Source of the DNA: Euryarchaeota archaeon UBA126
Lineage (GTDB): Archaea > Thermoplasmatota > Poseidoniia > Poseidoniales > Thalassarchaeaceae
NCBI GenBank assembly: GCA_002497025.1
Contig: DAMG01000041.1
Span: 1-44,747, forward strand
Direction: 5' to 3'
Length of the DNA stretch: 44,747 nucleotides
Made by a program: the position numbers and the translations under genes. Below are positions 1-8,850 of the stretch, in pieces. The notes under the pieces are model-generated. The model was not told the DNA's origin. It saw only the letters and a program-made list of their open reading frames with translations, and did not search any database. Position 1 is the first letter of the stretch. Each line of letters begins with the position of its first letter.

Positions 1-453
1 ACATATGAGCACAAGGCATTCACCTACTGGGCTCCAGAGAACTTGCTTGCAGTTCCTCTTTCCACTTACCGATATACCTACGATGTAGATGGAGGATATG
101 GATACGAGTATGTATCTATGCTGAAATTGATCAACGTAGATGCGGAGAATTTGAGCCTCTCAGAACATGGAGAAGTAGATCACTCTCCATTCTACAACAA
201 CGATGATTCAGATGTACATTGGTGGTTCTCTTACTCTACCAACATCCGCAGGTCGATTTTCATGGGTGATTATGTCTACGCTTTCTCAGCTCTTGGAGTA
301 ACTATCCACAGCACTTCTGACCTAAACCCAATCCAAGAATTGGATATTCCAGGTCACGAATTACCTGATTGGTATTACTACGAGGAAGATGATGTTGAGG
401 AATCAGAATCCGAAGGTTCCGATGATGGAGCGGTGGAGTCTGAATCCAATTAG
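1..453 (+). CDS. C-terminal fragment of a secreted beta-propeller-domain protein (5' end outside window)
   Basis: Frame 1 is open from nt 1 (TYEHKAFTYWAPENLLAV...), so the TTG at 43 in the ORF track is internal. The segment ...NIRRSIFMGDYVYAFSALGVTIHS... resembles the last blades of the 'beta-propeller domain' family, recalled from memory and not searched. Acidic E/D/S tail. Stop TAG at 451-453. Confidence 0.5.
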   Translation, partial: TYEHKAFTYWAPENLLAVPLSTYRYTYDVDGGYGYEYVSMLKLINVDAENLSLSEHGEVDHSPFYNNDDSDVHWWFSYSTNIRRSIFMGDYVYAFSALGVTIHSTSDLNPIQELDIPGHELPDWYYYEEDDVEESESEGSDDGAVESESN

Positions 454-1802
454 TTGAATTTCAGAACTCTACCTGTACTTCCTGGCTTGGCAATAGGCGT
501 GCCCCTAAGGGGTCCACCAGCCTCACGTTTGTGAACAAGGTGACCATCAACTATGGTGTACGTAGGCCAACCTGTCAATTCCATTCCATCATATGGTGTC
601 CAACCGACTTTGGTCCATGTATCGGCATCGGTAATTGTTCGGCGATTTTCTAGGTCAACCAAAGTCAGATCGCCATCGTAGCCTTCGATAAGGGAGCCTT
701 TGTTTTTCATACCGTAAACTCTAGCGGGACCGGCACACATCCACTTTGCTACATCATTGATGCTACACTTACCATTCATCGCATGAGTAAGCATCAATGG
801 TAGAGATGTCTCAACGCCCGGCATACCAGCTGGAGCGTTTGGATATCCCACAGATTTTGATTCAAGGGTATGAGGTGCATGATCTGTGACCACGCAATCA
901 ATCGTGCCATCTTTGAGTCGCTTCCATAGAGTATCTCGGTCTTCAGTATAGCGAATTGGCGGATTCATAAGGGCTCTAACTCCTAGAGATTCCACGTCAT
1001 CTTGATCGAAAGTCAAGTGTTGGGTACAAACCTCAGTAGTGATGAGGTCTCCTTTGTTTTTGTTTAACCAGTCAGCTTCAGTTGCACTCGTTAGGTGGAC
1101 TATGTGCAGTCGATGATCATGGTCTTTGGCAAGAGCTGCGGCCCTCTTTGTGGCAATGAAAGCACATTCTACATCTCGGCATTCCGCGTGTAATCTGATG
1201 TCTGTCTGATTACCAAATTCCGCGATACGTTGCTGAAGTCTTTCCTCATCTTCTGCGTGGGTTGCAATTATACCACCAGTATTTGCAAAAATATTTTCCA
1301 AGTCTTTTTGTTCATGAACAAGTAAATCTCCAGTGCTACTTCCCATGAATATCTTGATTCCGCAAACCCCATCCATACCTTCGATATCTTGTAAATCTCT
1401 CACATTATCTCTTGTTGCTCCAGCAAAGAATCCGAAGTGATTTACCGTTTTTGATTCAGCAAGGCCAATTTTAGATTCTAAAGTAGCACGATTTGTTGCA
1501 TTGGGCACATTGTTTGGCATATCCAAGAAAGCTGTGATGCCTCCAGCGGCAGCGGCTCGACTACCGCTTTGCAAATCTTCTTTCTCGGTATTGCCTGGTT
1601 CTCTGAAGTGAACGTGGGGATCAATAGCCCCTGGGAGTAGGTGTAATCCAGTAGCATCAATCAGCAATTCACTATCTAAGGATTCTAAACCACCTCCGGT
1701 TGCTATTGTCTGGATAGAGCCATTGGTCACTCGAAGGTCACCTTCGACAATGGTATTAGCCAAAACTAGGGAGGCATTCTGAATCAGGACATTGCCTTGC
1801 AT
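450..1802 (-). CDS. pyrC: Dihydroorotase (cyclic amidohydrolase superfamily)
   Basis: 450-aa ORF with an ATG start. Metal-binding DPHVHFREPG motif followed by AAAAGGITAFLDMPN, later HAED and VVTDHAPH motifs typical of dihydroorotase/allantoinase-type amidohydrolases. Confidence 0.8.
   Translation of the reverse strand: MQGNVLIQNASLVLANTIVEGDLRVTNGSIQTIATGGGLESLDSELLIDATGLHLLPGAIDPHVHFREPGNTEKEDLQSGSRAAAAGGITAFLDMPNNVPNATNRATLESKIGLAESKTVNHFGFFAGATRDNVRDLQDIEGMDGVCGIKIFMGSSTGDLLVHEQKDLENIFANTGGIIATHAEDEERLQQRIAEFGNQTDIRLHAECRDVECAFIATKRAAALAKDHDHRLHIVHLTSATEADWLNKNKGDLITTEVCTQHLTFDQDDVESLGVRALMNPPIRYTEDRDTLWKRLKDGTIDCVVTDHAPHTLESKSVGYPNAPAGMPGVETSLPLMLTHAMNGKCSINDVAKWMCAGPARVYGMKNKGSLIEGYDGDLTLVDLENRRTITDADTWTKVGWTPYDGMELTGWPTYTIVDGHLVHKREAGGPLRGTPIAKPGSTGRVLKFN
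501..513 (+). terminator. Mini-hairpin GCCCC-TAA-GGGGT, 48 nt after the stop of the + strand gene and embedded in the pyrC 3' coding region
   Basis: Read directly: c502-c505 pair with g509-g512 around loop TAA, with a G.U closing pair at 501/513. Member of the CCCC-WWW-GGGG set (see findings). Function is inferred. Confidence 0.2.
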
Positions 1803-1884
1803 GGTTGGTTCAGATGTTGCCGGAATGCTGGCATCTCAAGACTGTTCCCATCTCTGAATCGGAATTAGGTCGTCCCGCGCGCTT

Positions 1885-1892
1885 CAAATAAC
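1885..1892 (+). promoter_or_regulatory. TATA-like box for the initiator tRNA
   Basis: A/T-rich CAAATAAC centred about 25 nt upstream of the mature tRNA 5' end at 1913, the canonical archaeal TATA-to-TSS spacing. Confidence 0.4.
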
Positions 1893-1912
1893 TGAGGCAT
1901 CAGCGAGGGGAC

Positions 1913-1990
1913 AGCGAGTTGGAGTAGCCAGGTTATCTCGTCGGGCTCATAACCCGGAGACCGGTGGTTCAAATCCACCACTCGCTACCA
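1913..1990 (+). tRNA. Initiator tRNA-Met (anticodon CAT), CCA encoded
   Basis: Cloverleaf folded by hand. Acceptor AGCGAGT/ACTCGCT with an A1:U72 pair. Anticodon stem TCGGG/CCCGG carries the three G:C pairs typical of initiators, with loop CTCATAA. T arm GGTGG-TTCAAAT-CCACC, discriminator A, then CCA. Closely resembles archaeal tRNAi sequences recalled from memory. Confidence 0.9.
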
Positions 1991-2166
1991 AAATAAATTT
2001 GCAAATGGTCGATAAGATAAATGGAAGTAAATGAAAACTAAAAGTGAAAAATAGGGCCACTGCAAGGTTATACAGTGTTAAGTACACTTTCAATTATCCA
2101 AAAGGGGTCCGTTTGTTGTTCATATACTGCCTAGCATTGAGGGATAGTGAAGGAAAGGTGAGAAAG

Positions 2167-3174
2167 ATGGCCAAGAAGACCGCAAGTGAGAAGTTAGATG
2201 AAGAAGATGGCTCAATAGTGATAGATGCAGATGAAGAGCAGGCAACTATAGATGATCTGCCAGGTGTAGGACCAGCTACGGCGGAAAAATTACGCGAGGC
2301 TGGTTTTGAAGAATTACTCGCTATCGCAGTAATGAGTCCAAATGAATTAGCCGAACAAGCCGAATTGGGTGAAGCGGTATCTTCGAAGATTATTCAGGGC
2401 GCTAAGAAAATGGCAAACATTGGCGGATTCATATCAGGTAACAAATTACTTGAACGCCGTAAAGAAGTCCAGAAGTTAACGTCGGGTTCAGCCGCTCTTG
2501 ACGAATTGCTAGGAGGTGGATTTGAAACCCAAGCAATAGTTGAGGTGTATGGTGAGTTCGGAAGTGGAAAGACACAGATAGGTCATCAATTAGCCGTTAA
2601 CACGATACTTCCTACTGAACAAGGAGGATTTGATGGAGAGATTTTCTACATAGATACCGAAGACACGTTCAGACCTGAAAGAATAGCTCAGATGGCAGAA
2701 GCTGTAGGTTTAGATCCAATCTTAGTTCTTGATAGAATACATGTCGCTCGTGCATACAATTCCGCGCATCAGATGTTGTTAGTAGATGAGATCAAAAAGC
2801 TCTCGAAGAATATTGATGTCAAGTTGGTAATAGTAGATTCACTCACTAGTCACTTCCGCGCAGAATATGTAGGTCGCGGAATGCTAGCTACAAGACAGCA
2901 GAAACTCAACAGACATCTGAAAGAACTAAAACAGTTATCGGATGTACATAATGCTCTAGTTTTGGTAACTAACCAAGTTATGTCAAAACCAGATGCAATG
3001 TGGGGTGATCCAACAAAGGCCATCGGAGGCCATATTGTTGGACACGCCAGCACTTTCCGTCTCTACCTCAGGAAGTCAAAGGGAGGGCGAAGAATTGCCC
3101 GACTAGTCGACAGCCCCAATTTGCCTGAGGGAGAGGCTGTGTTCACCGTGACTGCCGAGGGTCTCAGGGATTGA
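2167..3174 (+). CDS. radA: DNA repair and recombination protein RadA
   Basis: N-terminal helix-hairpin-helix [17 protein letters not shown], Walker [10 protein letters not shown], Walker B-like [13 protein letters not shown] and GGHIVGH near the C-terminus. ATG at 2167 is preceded by GGAAAGGTGA. The ORF-track start at 2044 adds 41 non-RadA-like residues. Confidence 0.92.
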   Translation: MAKKTASEKLDEEDGSIVIDADEEQATIDDLPGVGPATAEKLREAGFEELLAIAVMSPNELAEQAELGEAVSSKIIQGAKKMANIGGFISGNKLLERRKEVQKLTSGSAALDELLGGGFETQAIVEVYGEFGSGKTQIGHQLAVNTILPTEQGGFDGEIFYIDTEDTFRPERIAQMAEAVGLDPILVLDRIHVARAYNSAHQMLLVDEIKKLSKNIDVKLVIVDSLTSHFRAEYVGRGMLATRQQKLNRHLKELKQLSDVHNALVLVTNQVMSKPDAMWGDPTKAIGGHIVGHASTFRLYLRKSKGGRRIARLVDSPNLPEGEAVFTVTAEGLRD

Positions 3175-3187
3175 TTCTTGAGAGGCC

Positions 3188-3200
3188 CTCGGGGTCCGAG
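3188..3200. terminator. Hairpin CTCGG-GGT-CCGAG in the 33-nt gap between convergent radA and pepF
   Basis: Palindrome read directly. A longer alternative pairing, CCGAGGG..TCTC / GAGA..CCCTCGG, spans the radA stop. Function is inferred. Confidence 0.25.
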
Positions 3201-3207
3201 TGTGAAG

Positions 3208-4890
3208 TCATGCAGGTAATTCTGCTAGTGCTTCATCGATTTCCCCGATGAGTTCACCAACGTAGGATTCGGAAAAGGATAGTTCTAATCCGCTCGCTTG
3301 AAACAATTCAGTCAACCCTCGGGTGTAACCCAATGAAAGTCCGGCTTTGTATCTATCAAGAGCGTCTTGGGTATCTCTTCGATGATACTTCCACATCTGT
3401 AGTGCACCAAGTTGTGCAATACCGTATTCCACATAATAGAAAGGTACTCCAAATAAATGACCCTGACGTTGCCAGGATACTTTGTGTATATCCTCAAATC
3501 CAGTCATATTCACCTTAGGTCCAAAACGTTCTCCAAGTTCTAACCACTTCTCTGCTCTCTCCTCTCTCGAGTGATTTGGGTTTGCGTATACCCAATGTTG
3601 GAAGGCGTCGATTGTCGCCATCCATGGCATAAAGGAAATGATGTCTTCTAGGTGTTTTCGTCTTGCTCTATCAGCATCTTTGTTGTCATAGAATTCTTCC
3701 CAATGAGGATGGGTTAGAAGTTCCATTGACATACTAGCTACTTCGGCGAATTCAATTGGGGAATCTCTCTCATGGATTAGATCTAGGTGACCGGAATAGA
3801 ACGAGTGGAAAGCATGGCCGGCTTCGTGGATCATGGTCTCAATATTCCGCTGGGTCCCAGCAGCATTCATGAAAATAAATGGTAATCTACTCTTTTGCAA
3901 ATAATACTGATATCCTCCAGGTGCTTTTCCCTTCCGACTATCTAAGTCAAGGCAATCATTAGCATCGAGTTGGTCGAAGTAATTTCCGAGTTCTTCCGAC
4001 ATGTTGTGGAAAATTCGAGAGCAACCATCTACCATTTCTTGGACATCATTGAATGGCTGAAGTGGAGGTCGACCTTTCACATCGACACCCATATCCCATG
4101 GTCTTAACGAATCAATTCCTAAATCTCGCATTCTTTCTCCATCGGTTCGATGTCGCAATGGTTGACATACAGTTTCGATTGACTCGTGGAATTCTAAACA
4201 ATCTTCGATACTGTAATCGAATCGGTGCATAGAGGCGAACATATACTGTTGAAAACCTTCAAAACCTGCGTTTGTGGCCATTTTATGACGTATCTGAATC
4301 AATTCATCATAGATTTCTGAAACTCTTTCGTTATCTTCAAATCGTCTCTCAGAGACAGCTTTCCAAGCGTCCTCTCGGATTTTCCGATCTGTATTCTCAA
4401 AGTAAATGGCCATTTGAGCAAAGGTCTTCTGTTCTCCATCAAATTCTACCATTTGCGCTCCGCATATCTCATTATATTCAGTGACGAGTTTCGTTGCCTG
4501 TGTGCTTAGTGGTATATTCTCCTCTCTAAATATCGCGATATCGGTCTTTATTCCCTTGACTAATATGCCAAATCTCTCTGGCAACTCATCCAATGCCTGG
4601 TGTTCAACAAGTCGTCGATTTAGAGTATCGCTGTACTCTGATAATTTTGGTTGGACATTTTCTACGAATTGCATCCAAGATTTTTGTATGTCCTCATCAT
4701 CTGTGTGGCAAGTCATATCGATGTAGAGTCTGGCTCTAGCCTCTGAGATAACTTCGGATAGGCTAGATCTATCGGCGATGAAAGTTTCTAGACAATTTGA
4801 GCAACTCAATTTACGATCTCTAAGGTCATTCATGAACGGTTCTATGGATTCCCAAGACGAACCATCTAGATCTTTTGGAACAAAACTCAT
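3208..4890 (-). CDS. pepF: M3-family oligoendopeptidase (PepF-like)
   Basis: 560-aa ORF. Zincin motif HEAGHAFH with a downstream EFAEVASMSME glutamate region. Length and overall pattern are typical of M3B oligoendopeptidase F. Confidence 0.82.
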   Translation of the reverse strand: MSFVPKDLDGSSWESIEPFMNDLRDRKLSCSNCLETFIADRSSLSEVISEARARLYIDMTCHTDDEDIQKSWMQFVENVQPKLSEYSDTLNRRLVEHQALDELPERFGILVKGIKTDIAIFREENIPLSTQATKLVTEYNEICGAQMVEFDGEQKTFAQMAIYFENTDRKIREDAWKAVSERRFEDNERVSEIYDELIQIRHKMATNAGFEGFQQYMFASMHRFDYSIEDCLEFHESIETVCQPLRHRTDGERMRDLGIDSLRPWDMGVDVKGRPPLQPFNDVQEMVDGCSRIFHNMSEELGNYFDQLDANDCLDLDSRKGKAPGGYQYYLQKSRLPFIFMNAAGTQRNIETMIHEAGHAFHSFYSGHLDLIHERDSPIEFAEVASMSMELLTHPHWEEFYDNKDADRARRKHLEDIISFMPWMATIDAFQHWVYANPNHSREERAEKWLELGERFGPKVNMTGFEDIHKVSWQRQGHLFGVPFYYVEYGIAQLGALQMWKYHRRDTQDALDRYKAGLSLGYTRGLTELFQASGLELSFSESYVGELIGEIDEALAELPA

Positions 4891-4899
4891 GTTTCTTCC

Positions 4900-5148
4900 T
4901 CAATCTTTCTTAGATGACATAGGCCCAGTTGGTAAAGGCCCATCTTTTCGGTTGTACTTCTGCCTCTTCCACTTTGCCGCAGCCTCCCTATTTGCAGCTC
5001 TAATTTCATCAACACCCTCGTGCTTGGGGTTTTCCTTTTCGATCCAACATGCGGTGCAATACCTCTTCCCTTTGTAATCAACAAAATTACTTGGAGTACA
5101 GCTTTCATTGCAGACATTACAGGTACGGAATCCATGGAATCTCGACAT
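4900..5148 (-). CDS. Small zinc-ribbon/LIM-like protein with a basic C-terminal tail
   Basis: 82 aa with C10-x2-C13 ... C31-x2-C34 (CNVC-x17-CTAC), then a K/R-rich tail. Ends 9 nt upstream of the pepF start on the same strand. Preferred over the overlapping 4887-5156 frame, which has no motif. Confidence 0.5.
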   Translation of the reverse strand: MSRFHGFRTCNVCNESCTPSNFVDYKGKRYCTACWIEKENPKHEGVDEIRAANREAAAKWKRQKYNRKDGPLPTGPMSSKKD

Positions 5149-5187
5149 AATCTCATTTCAACCCTAGAGGCCTCCGTCTATCAGTTT

Positions 5188-5202
5188 GACCCCAAAGGGG
5201 TC
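5188..5202 (-). terminator. Mini-hairpin GACCCC-AAA-GGGGTC overlapping the stop codon of the Cgi121-like gene
   Basis: Perfect 6-bp stem with a 3-nt A/T loop, read directly. The TGA stop (5201-5203) shares 2 nt with the stem. Confidence 0.3.
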
Positions 5203-5788
5203 AAGTGTTCATATCTGCCATAGCCGCGTGTAACATAAACGCAGATTCAAGCTCCAATAGATTAGAGTCTTCAATTTTAGATTCATATCCTAATCGTTGC
5301 AATCCAATGTTGGTTGGCATTGGTCTTTCAGTTACTAGATTGGATTTTAGATGAAGCATCAAACGATTTGCATCCAAAGCAGCATCATTGTATGTATCTC
5401 TTGGGATTTCCAATATTTCATTATCGTTAGTAAATGGGTAATCTGTGCCAAACTCCGGAAGGTAGACAATCCAAGCAGTTTCATCACCCTGCGTTAGGCC
5501 AGCTCGCTCGAACGCGATTCGTATCTGGTGAGTGCCGGAAATCAATCTTAGGAATTCTGTGTCGACATTATTTCCAACCATTGAGTTCCGCAATTCTCTC
5601 CTTCTCAGGGCGTGCCAAACCGTCCATAGATGAATCTCGCTTGCGGCGGCGGAGTAGGTGAGTAACAACCAACGTTGGTTCGGCCTCCATTCATTGAACA
5701 TTGAAATTACATCTTGTGGGTCGTCTAATGGATCTGGAAAACGTATTCCCCATGCGGGGAACCAAGGCACTCTATGGCCCTCTGCCAT
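5201..5788 (-). CDS. cgi121: KEOPS complex subunit Cgi121-like protein
   Basis: 195 aa. The segment NVDTEFLRLISGTHQIRIAFERAGLTQGD aligns by eye with the Cgi121 signature (M. jannaschii ...MEILVRASGQRQIHEAIKIIGAKDGN, from memory), and N-terminal AWGIRF matches IIRGIRG. TATA-like TGTATAATTC lies about 29 nt upstream. Confidence 0.5.
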   Translation of the reverse strand: MAEGHRVPWFPAWGIRFPDPLDDPQDVISMFNEWRPNQRWLLLTYSAAASEIHLWTVWHALRRRELRNSMVGNNVDTEFLRLISGTHQIRIAFERAGLTQGDETAWIVYLPEFGTDYPFTNDNEILEIPRDTYNDAALDANRLMLHLKSNLVTERPMPTNIGLQRLGYESKIEDSNLLELESAFMLHAAMADMNT

Positions 5789-5824
5789 GCTTTCCGATGC
5801 GGTCTGATTGATGAATTATACAGT

Positions 5825-8377
5825 TCAACCTAATCGTCTAATTGATCTAGCCGCAGCCTCTACCAAATTATCCACTAGGCGAATACTCCAACCTCTTTGA
5901 CTTGCTAGGTTCTCACGGTCTTTTTCGGTTAATGAAGCGACATCGACAGCGTTCTCAACGCCTAGTAAGGTAACCATCTCTCTAGCCCTTGTTCGGCCAA
6001 TTCCTCTAATGCTAACTAATCCAAGTAGGTCCGATTTACAGCCGTGTCTAACCCTATTGTGTAATTCGCTGACCAAATCCACTAGCACCTTATGTTCTGA
6101 GGGACCTAATTGCCTTAACTCCTCATCGTCGTTGAGAATTTCTCTCATAGCATATAGTAACCATTCGGCCAAATCAACCCTGCTCCGTACATCGCCTGGT
6201 TGAACATTCCAATTATTCTCGAGATCTTCCATCCTCGCTTCATTAATCCAATCTTCAAGCACCAAAACGCCCTTCATTCTACGTTCAATATCTGCATCCA
6301 CAGCTTCTGTTAGGAACTCTCGCTGATGAGAATGGATAGCCGCATGGATTCTCTCAGCCTCCTCTTTTCTAGGCCAAAGGGCAAGAAAATCTGGAGTACA
6401 GGCTACTAAGTGAAGCAAACTCATTGGAGATAGTTGCCGTACATCATCGGTTCCAATCATTATTTTCATTGCCTTTTGTATCCCATCGTGTATCATTCTA
6501 CCAGAGATTGGATTGAGATACAGTCTAGCGACGCGATATCCAAGAGGGGTTGAAGAATACGTCATTGAAGCAGGGTCGGGAAGGGTTGGTTCACTAGTAA
6601 TTCTTTGACTAGCCCTTGAAAAACCAAAGATTGCTGGTCCTTTCCTAGGAGGAAGTGTGGTTGTTGATTCGAATTCTGATTTTGATATCTCTAAGCCTGG
6701 TACACTTTCCCCCGTCTTAGCCCATTCAGGCATTTCATCTTGCCAATCTTCTGTTTCAGATGTAGAATTCTCTCTTTCTTTAATTCTCGATAGAACCTCA
6801 TCAGATTCTCCTTCTCTAGTAATCATTCCATTTTCAGCCAACCAGCCAATAACATCGTCAAGGCGTGCTTCCAAACTTTGTTCATTCATGTGAGTAGCAA
6901 GGAAAGTTTGGTCAAAAAATCGTGATATTGAGTCCCTATCTCGTAACCCTCCTGTTGCCATAACCGAGAGAAGATGAGTCAATAATGCGGGGTCCTCTTC
7001 CGCACGAATTGCCGAGGGGTTAGCTAATTTTGAAGTGACTTCTTCAGGTTCACTTAACATGTACAGTTCGACGATATTTAATTCATCATCCTCGTCTTTT
7101 GCTAGTATCCATGCGTCACCAGAGTCGTCAAATTTAGGTCTCCCAGCTCTTCCTAACATCTGTCGTATTTCCATCACTGGAAGAGGCATTGAACCTCCGC
7201 CAATAGAACTCCATCTACGATGATCTCGAATGATTACTCTTCTGGCTGGCAGGTTTACTCCCTGTGCGAGGGTTGGAGTTGCAACAATTGCTAGCAAAGT
7301 CCCTTGTCTGAATGCCTCTTCGACAGCCTTCCTTTGGTTATGAGTTAGTCCAGCATGGTGGAATGCCACACCTCCTCTAATCGCTTGTGCGAGCGATCTA
7401 CCCATCACCGAAGTATCCTCTCGACGTGTTAATCGCTCGGCGAGGTTGTCCCACTCATCGATTAGTTCTGTATCATACTTCATCGGGTCATCGGAAATTT
7501 GTTTTCTAATATGTTTGGACAACTCTCTGGCTTCTTTCTGGGCGGATGCTCTAGAGTTTACGAATACAAGCATTTGTCCACCTGTAGAATATGAATCATC
7601 TAGGACTGCTTGCAGCCTTTTTGTGTTCTTTCCTTCAATCATTCTCGGTTCTGGCCATTCCACATGTTCCGGGCCATCTATGCGATGAATCTTGACATTA
7701 AGTCCAGTTAATGTACCCGAATGGAGCTGTATTGGCCTCCAACTCGATTGGATTAGTTTTGCATCTAACCAATCTGCCATATCTTGAGAATTTCCAACCG
7801 TCGCTGATAGGGCAATGAGTTGAGCTTCGGGTTGTGAGTGACGAATTCTGGAAAGAAGAACTTCCAGCGTCGGTCCTCTAGAAATATCGTGTAATAGATG
7901 AAATTCATCAGCCACTACTACGCCAATTTTTTCCATTACCCCCTCACGAGTTCGCAATATTGAATCGAGTTTTTCACTAGTGCAAACTAGAATATCAGAA
8001 TCATCGATTCCACTATTTTCACCACTTCTATCTCCTATCGCTATACCGACTCTAAGTCCGACTAAACTCGCCAATTCCTGTAACTCCTCGACTTTCTCAG
8101 AAGCCAAGGCTTTGAGTGGGACGATATACAAGCCTCTGGCTCCATTTAGGTCAGAAATTAGCCGTTGTATCATTGTCAGATGAGCAACCAATGATTTTCC
8201 GCTAGCTGTGGGAATAGTAAGCATAACATTGTGCCCAGCCAGTGCGTATGGTAAGGCTTCACGCTGCGGTGGAAATAGCTCTTCAATACCCCATTCAGAC
8301 CTAAGGTGTTGGATTATTCTCTCATCCACCTGTAGGTCTGCGAGACTTACCTCTGCGAGGTCTTCGTCTACCGCCAC
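5825..8377 (-). CDS. hel308: Hel308/Hjm (Ski2-like) ATP-dependent DNA helicase
   Basis: 850 aa. PPQREAL Q-motif region, Walker A PTASGKS, DEFH box, SAT, VATPTLAQGVNLPA, RQMLGRAGR and C-terminal HhH-like SIRGIGRTRA. GTG start as in the ORF track. Contains an extra linker of about 85 aa (see findings). Confidence 0.9.
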   Translation of the reverse strand: MAVDEDLAEVSLADLQVDERIIQHLRSEWGIEELFPPQREALPYALAGHNVMLTIPTASGKSLVAHLTMIQRLISDLNGARGLYIVPLKALASEKVEELQELASLVGLRVGIAIGDRSGENSGIDDSDILVCTSEKLDSILRTREGVMEKIGVVVADEFHLLHDISRGPTLEVLLSRIRHSQPEAQLIALSATVGNSQDMADWLDAKLIQSSWRPIQLHSGTLTGLNVKIHRIDGPEHVEWPEPRMIEGKNTKRLQAVLDDSYSTGGQMLVFVNSRASAQKEARELSKHIRKQISDDPMKYDTELIDEWDNLAERLTRREDTSVMGRSLAQAIRGGVAFHHAGLTHNQRKAVEEAFRQGTLLAIVATPTLAQGVNLPARRVIIRDHRRWSSIGGGSMPLPVMEIRQMLGRAGRPKFDDSGDAWILAKDEDDELNIVELYMLSEPEEVTSKLANPSAIRAEEDPALLTHLLSVMATGGLRDRDSISRFFDQTFLATHMNEQSLEARLDDVIGWLAENGMITREGESDEVLSRIKERENSTSETEDWQDEMPEWAKTGESVPGLEISKSEFESTTTLPPRKGPAIFGFSRASQRITSEPTLPDPASMTYSSTPLGYRVARLYLNPISGRMIHDGIQKAMKIMIGTDDVRQLSPMSLLHLVACTPDFLALWPRKEEAERIHAAIHSHQREFLTEAVDADIERRMKGVLVLEDWINEARMEDLENNWNVQPGDVRSRVDLAEWLLYAMREILNDDEELRQLGPSEHKVLVDLVSELHNRVRHGCKSDLLGLVSIRGIGRTRAREMVTLLGVENAVDVASLTEKDRENLASQRGWSIRLVDNLVEAAARSIRRLG

Positions 8378-8424
8378 GTAGCGACTTAGAATCCGCCGTT
8401 CTAAAGGATACCGAATCTAATTGC

Positions 8425-8802
8425 TTAACCGAGATAAAAAACTAGAGCACACATCAATAACATGAGAGATGCGGGAGTCGCACGGCTTAGTGGATCTCCC
8501 TTTGTCCTCAGGTGACAAACGACAGCGCCTGCCATCAAGATACCCATTCCAACTGCGGCAAATTGCACTAATGAAGAATACCAAATACCCAAGATTAGCA
8601 GACTTGCAAGAGTCAATTTTGTTGCACCGATAACGTATACTGACCACTTTGGTAATCCGTATATTGCAAATTCTTCAACAATATTCTTTGCATTTCCAGC
8701 ACGGAAATTGGTTTCTAGCCTTGGTCTGAATATCCAAACTGCAATTATCACAACTGCGATAGTGATTTGTAGAACCATCACAAGTTCATCCATCATGGCC
8801 AT
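8425..8802 (-). CDS. DoxX-like small integral membrane protein
   Basis: 125 aa with about four hydrophobic helices. The layout (IYGLPKW..., AAVGMGILMAGAVVCHL) resembles the DoxX-like family. GTATATAC box about 22 nt upstream. Confidence 0.55.
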   Translation of the reverse strand: MAMMDELVMVLQITIAVVIIAVWIFRPRLETNFRAGNAKNIVEEFAIYGLPKWSVYVIGATKLTLASLLILGIWYSSLVQFAAVGMGILMAGAVVCHLRTKGDPLSRATPASLMLLMCALVFYLG

Positions 8803-8850
8803 TAATTGAGCAACTTGGTGTATATACTCTTGTTCTGAGCACTTTACTTA

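Noticed and set aside
2074-2088. Palindrome AGTGT-TAAGT-ACACT and repeated TAAATG(G/A)AA motifs (2017-2037) in the A-rich radA upstream region
   Set aside because: A 5-bp A/T-rich stem and short repeats in an A-rich 176-nt spacer are within chance expectation. A radA operator is possible but unsupported.
2044-2166. N-terminal extensions proposed by the ORF track: radA 2044, S8 14627, korA 31334, NFACT 23803, 208-aa gene 35231 and giant gene 35990
   Set aside because: The extensions use alternative or early starts, overlap upstream genes, promoters or hairpins, and add residues unlike the conserved N-termini or signal peptides. Downstream ATGs with an RBS or TATA fit better.
4887-5156. 89-aa ORF overlapping the zinc-ribbon ORF in another frame
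   Set aside because: Arg/Leu-rich and featureless. The alternative frame has a clean 4-Cys motif and a sensible stop 9 nt before pepF.
5746-5761. Hairpin TTCCCC-ATGC-GGGGAA
   Set aside because: It lies inside the conserved N-terminal coding region of the Cgi121-like gene (WFPAWGI) and has a 4-nt loop. It is probably a coding coincidence, so it is not counted in the core hairpin family.
5801-5824. TGATGA/CTGA-like strings checked as possible C/D-box sRNA elements (also near 18170-18206 and 27190-27200)
   Set aside because: No properly spaced C, D', C' and D box set with terminal stem was found. The gaps are too short for a C/D sRNA.
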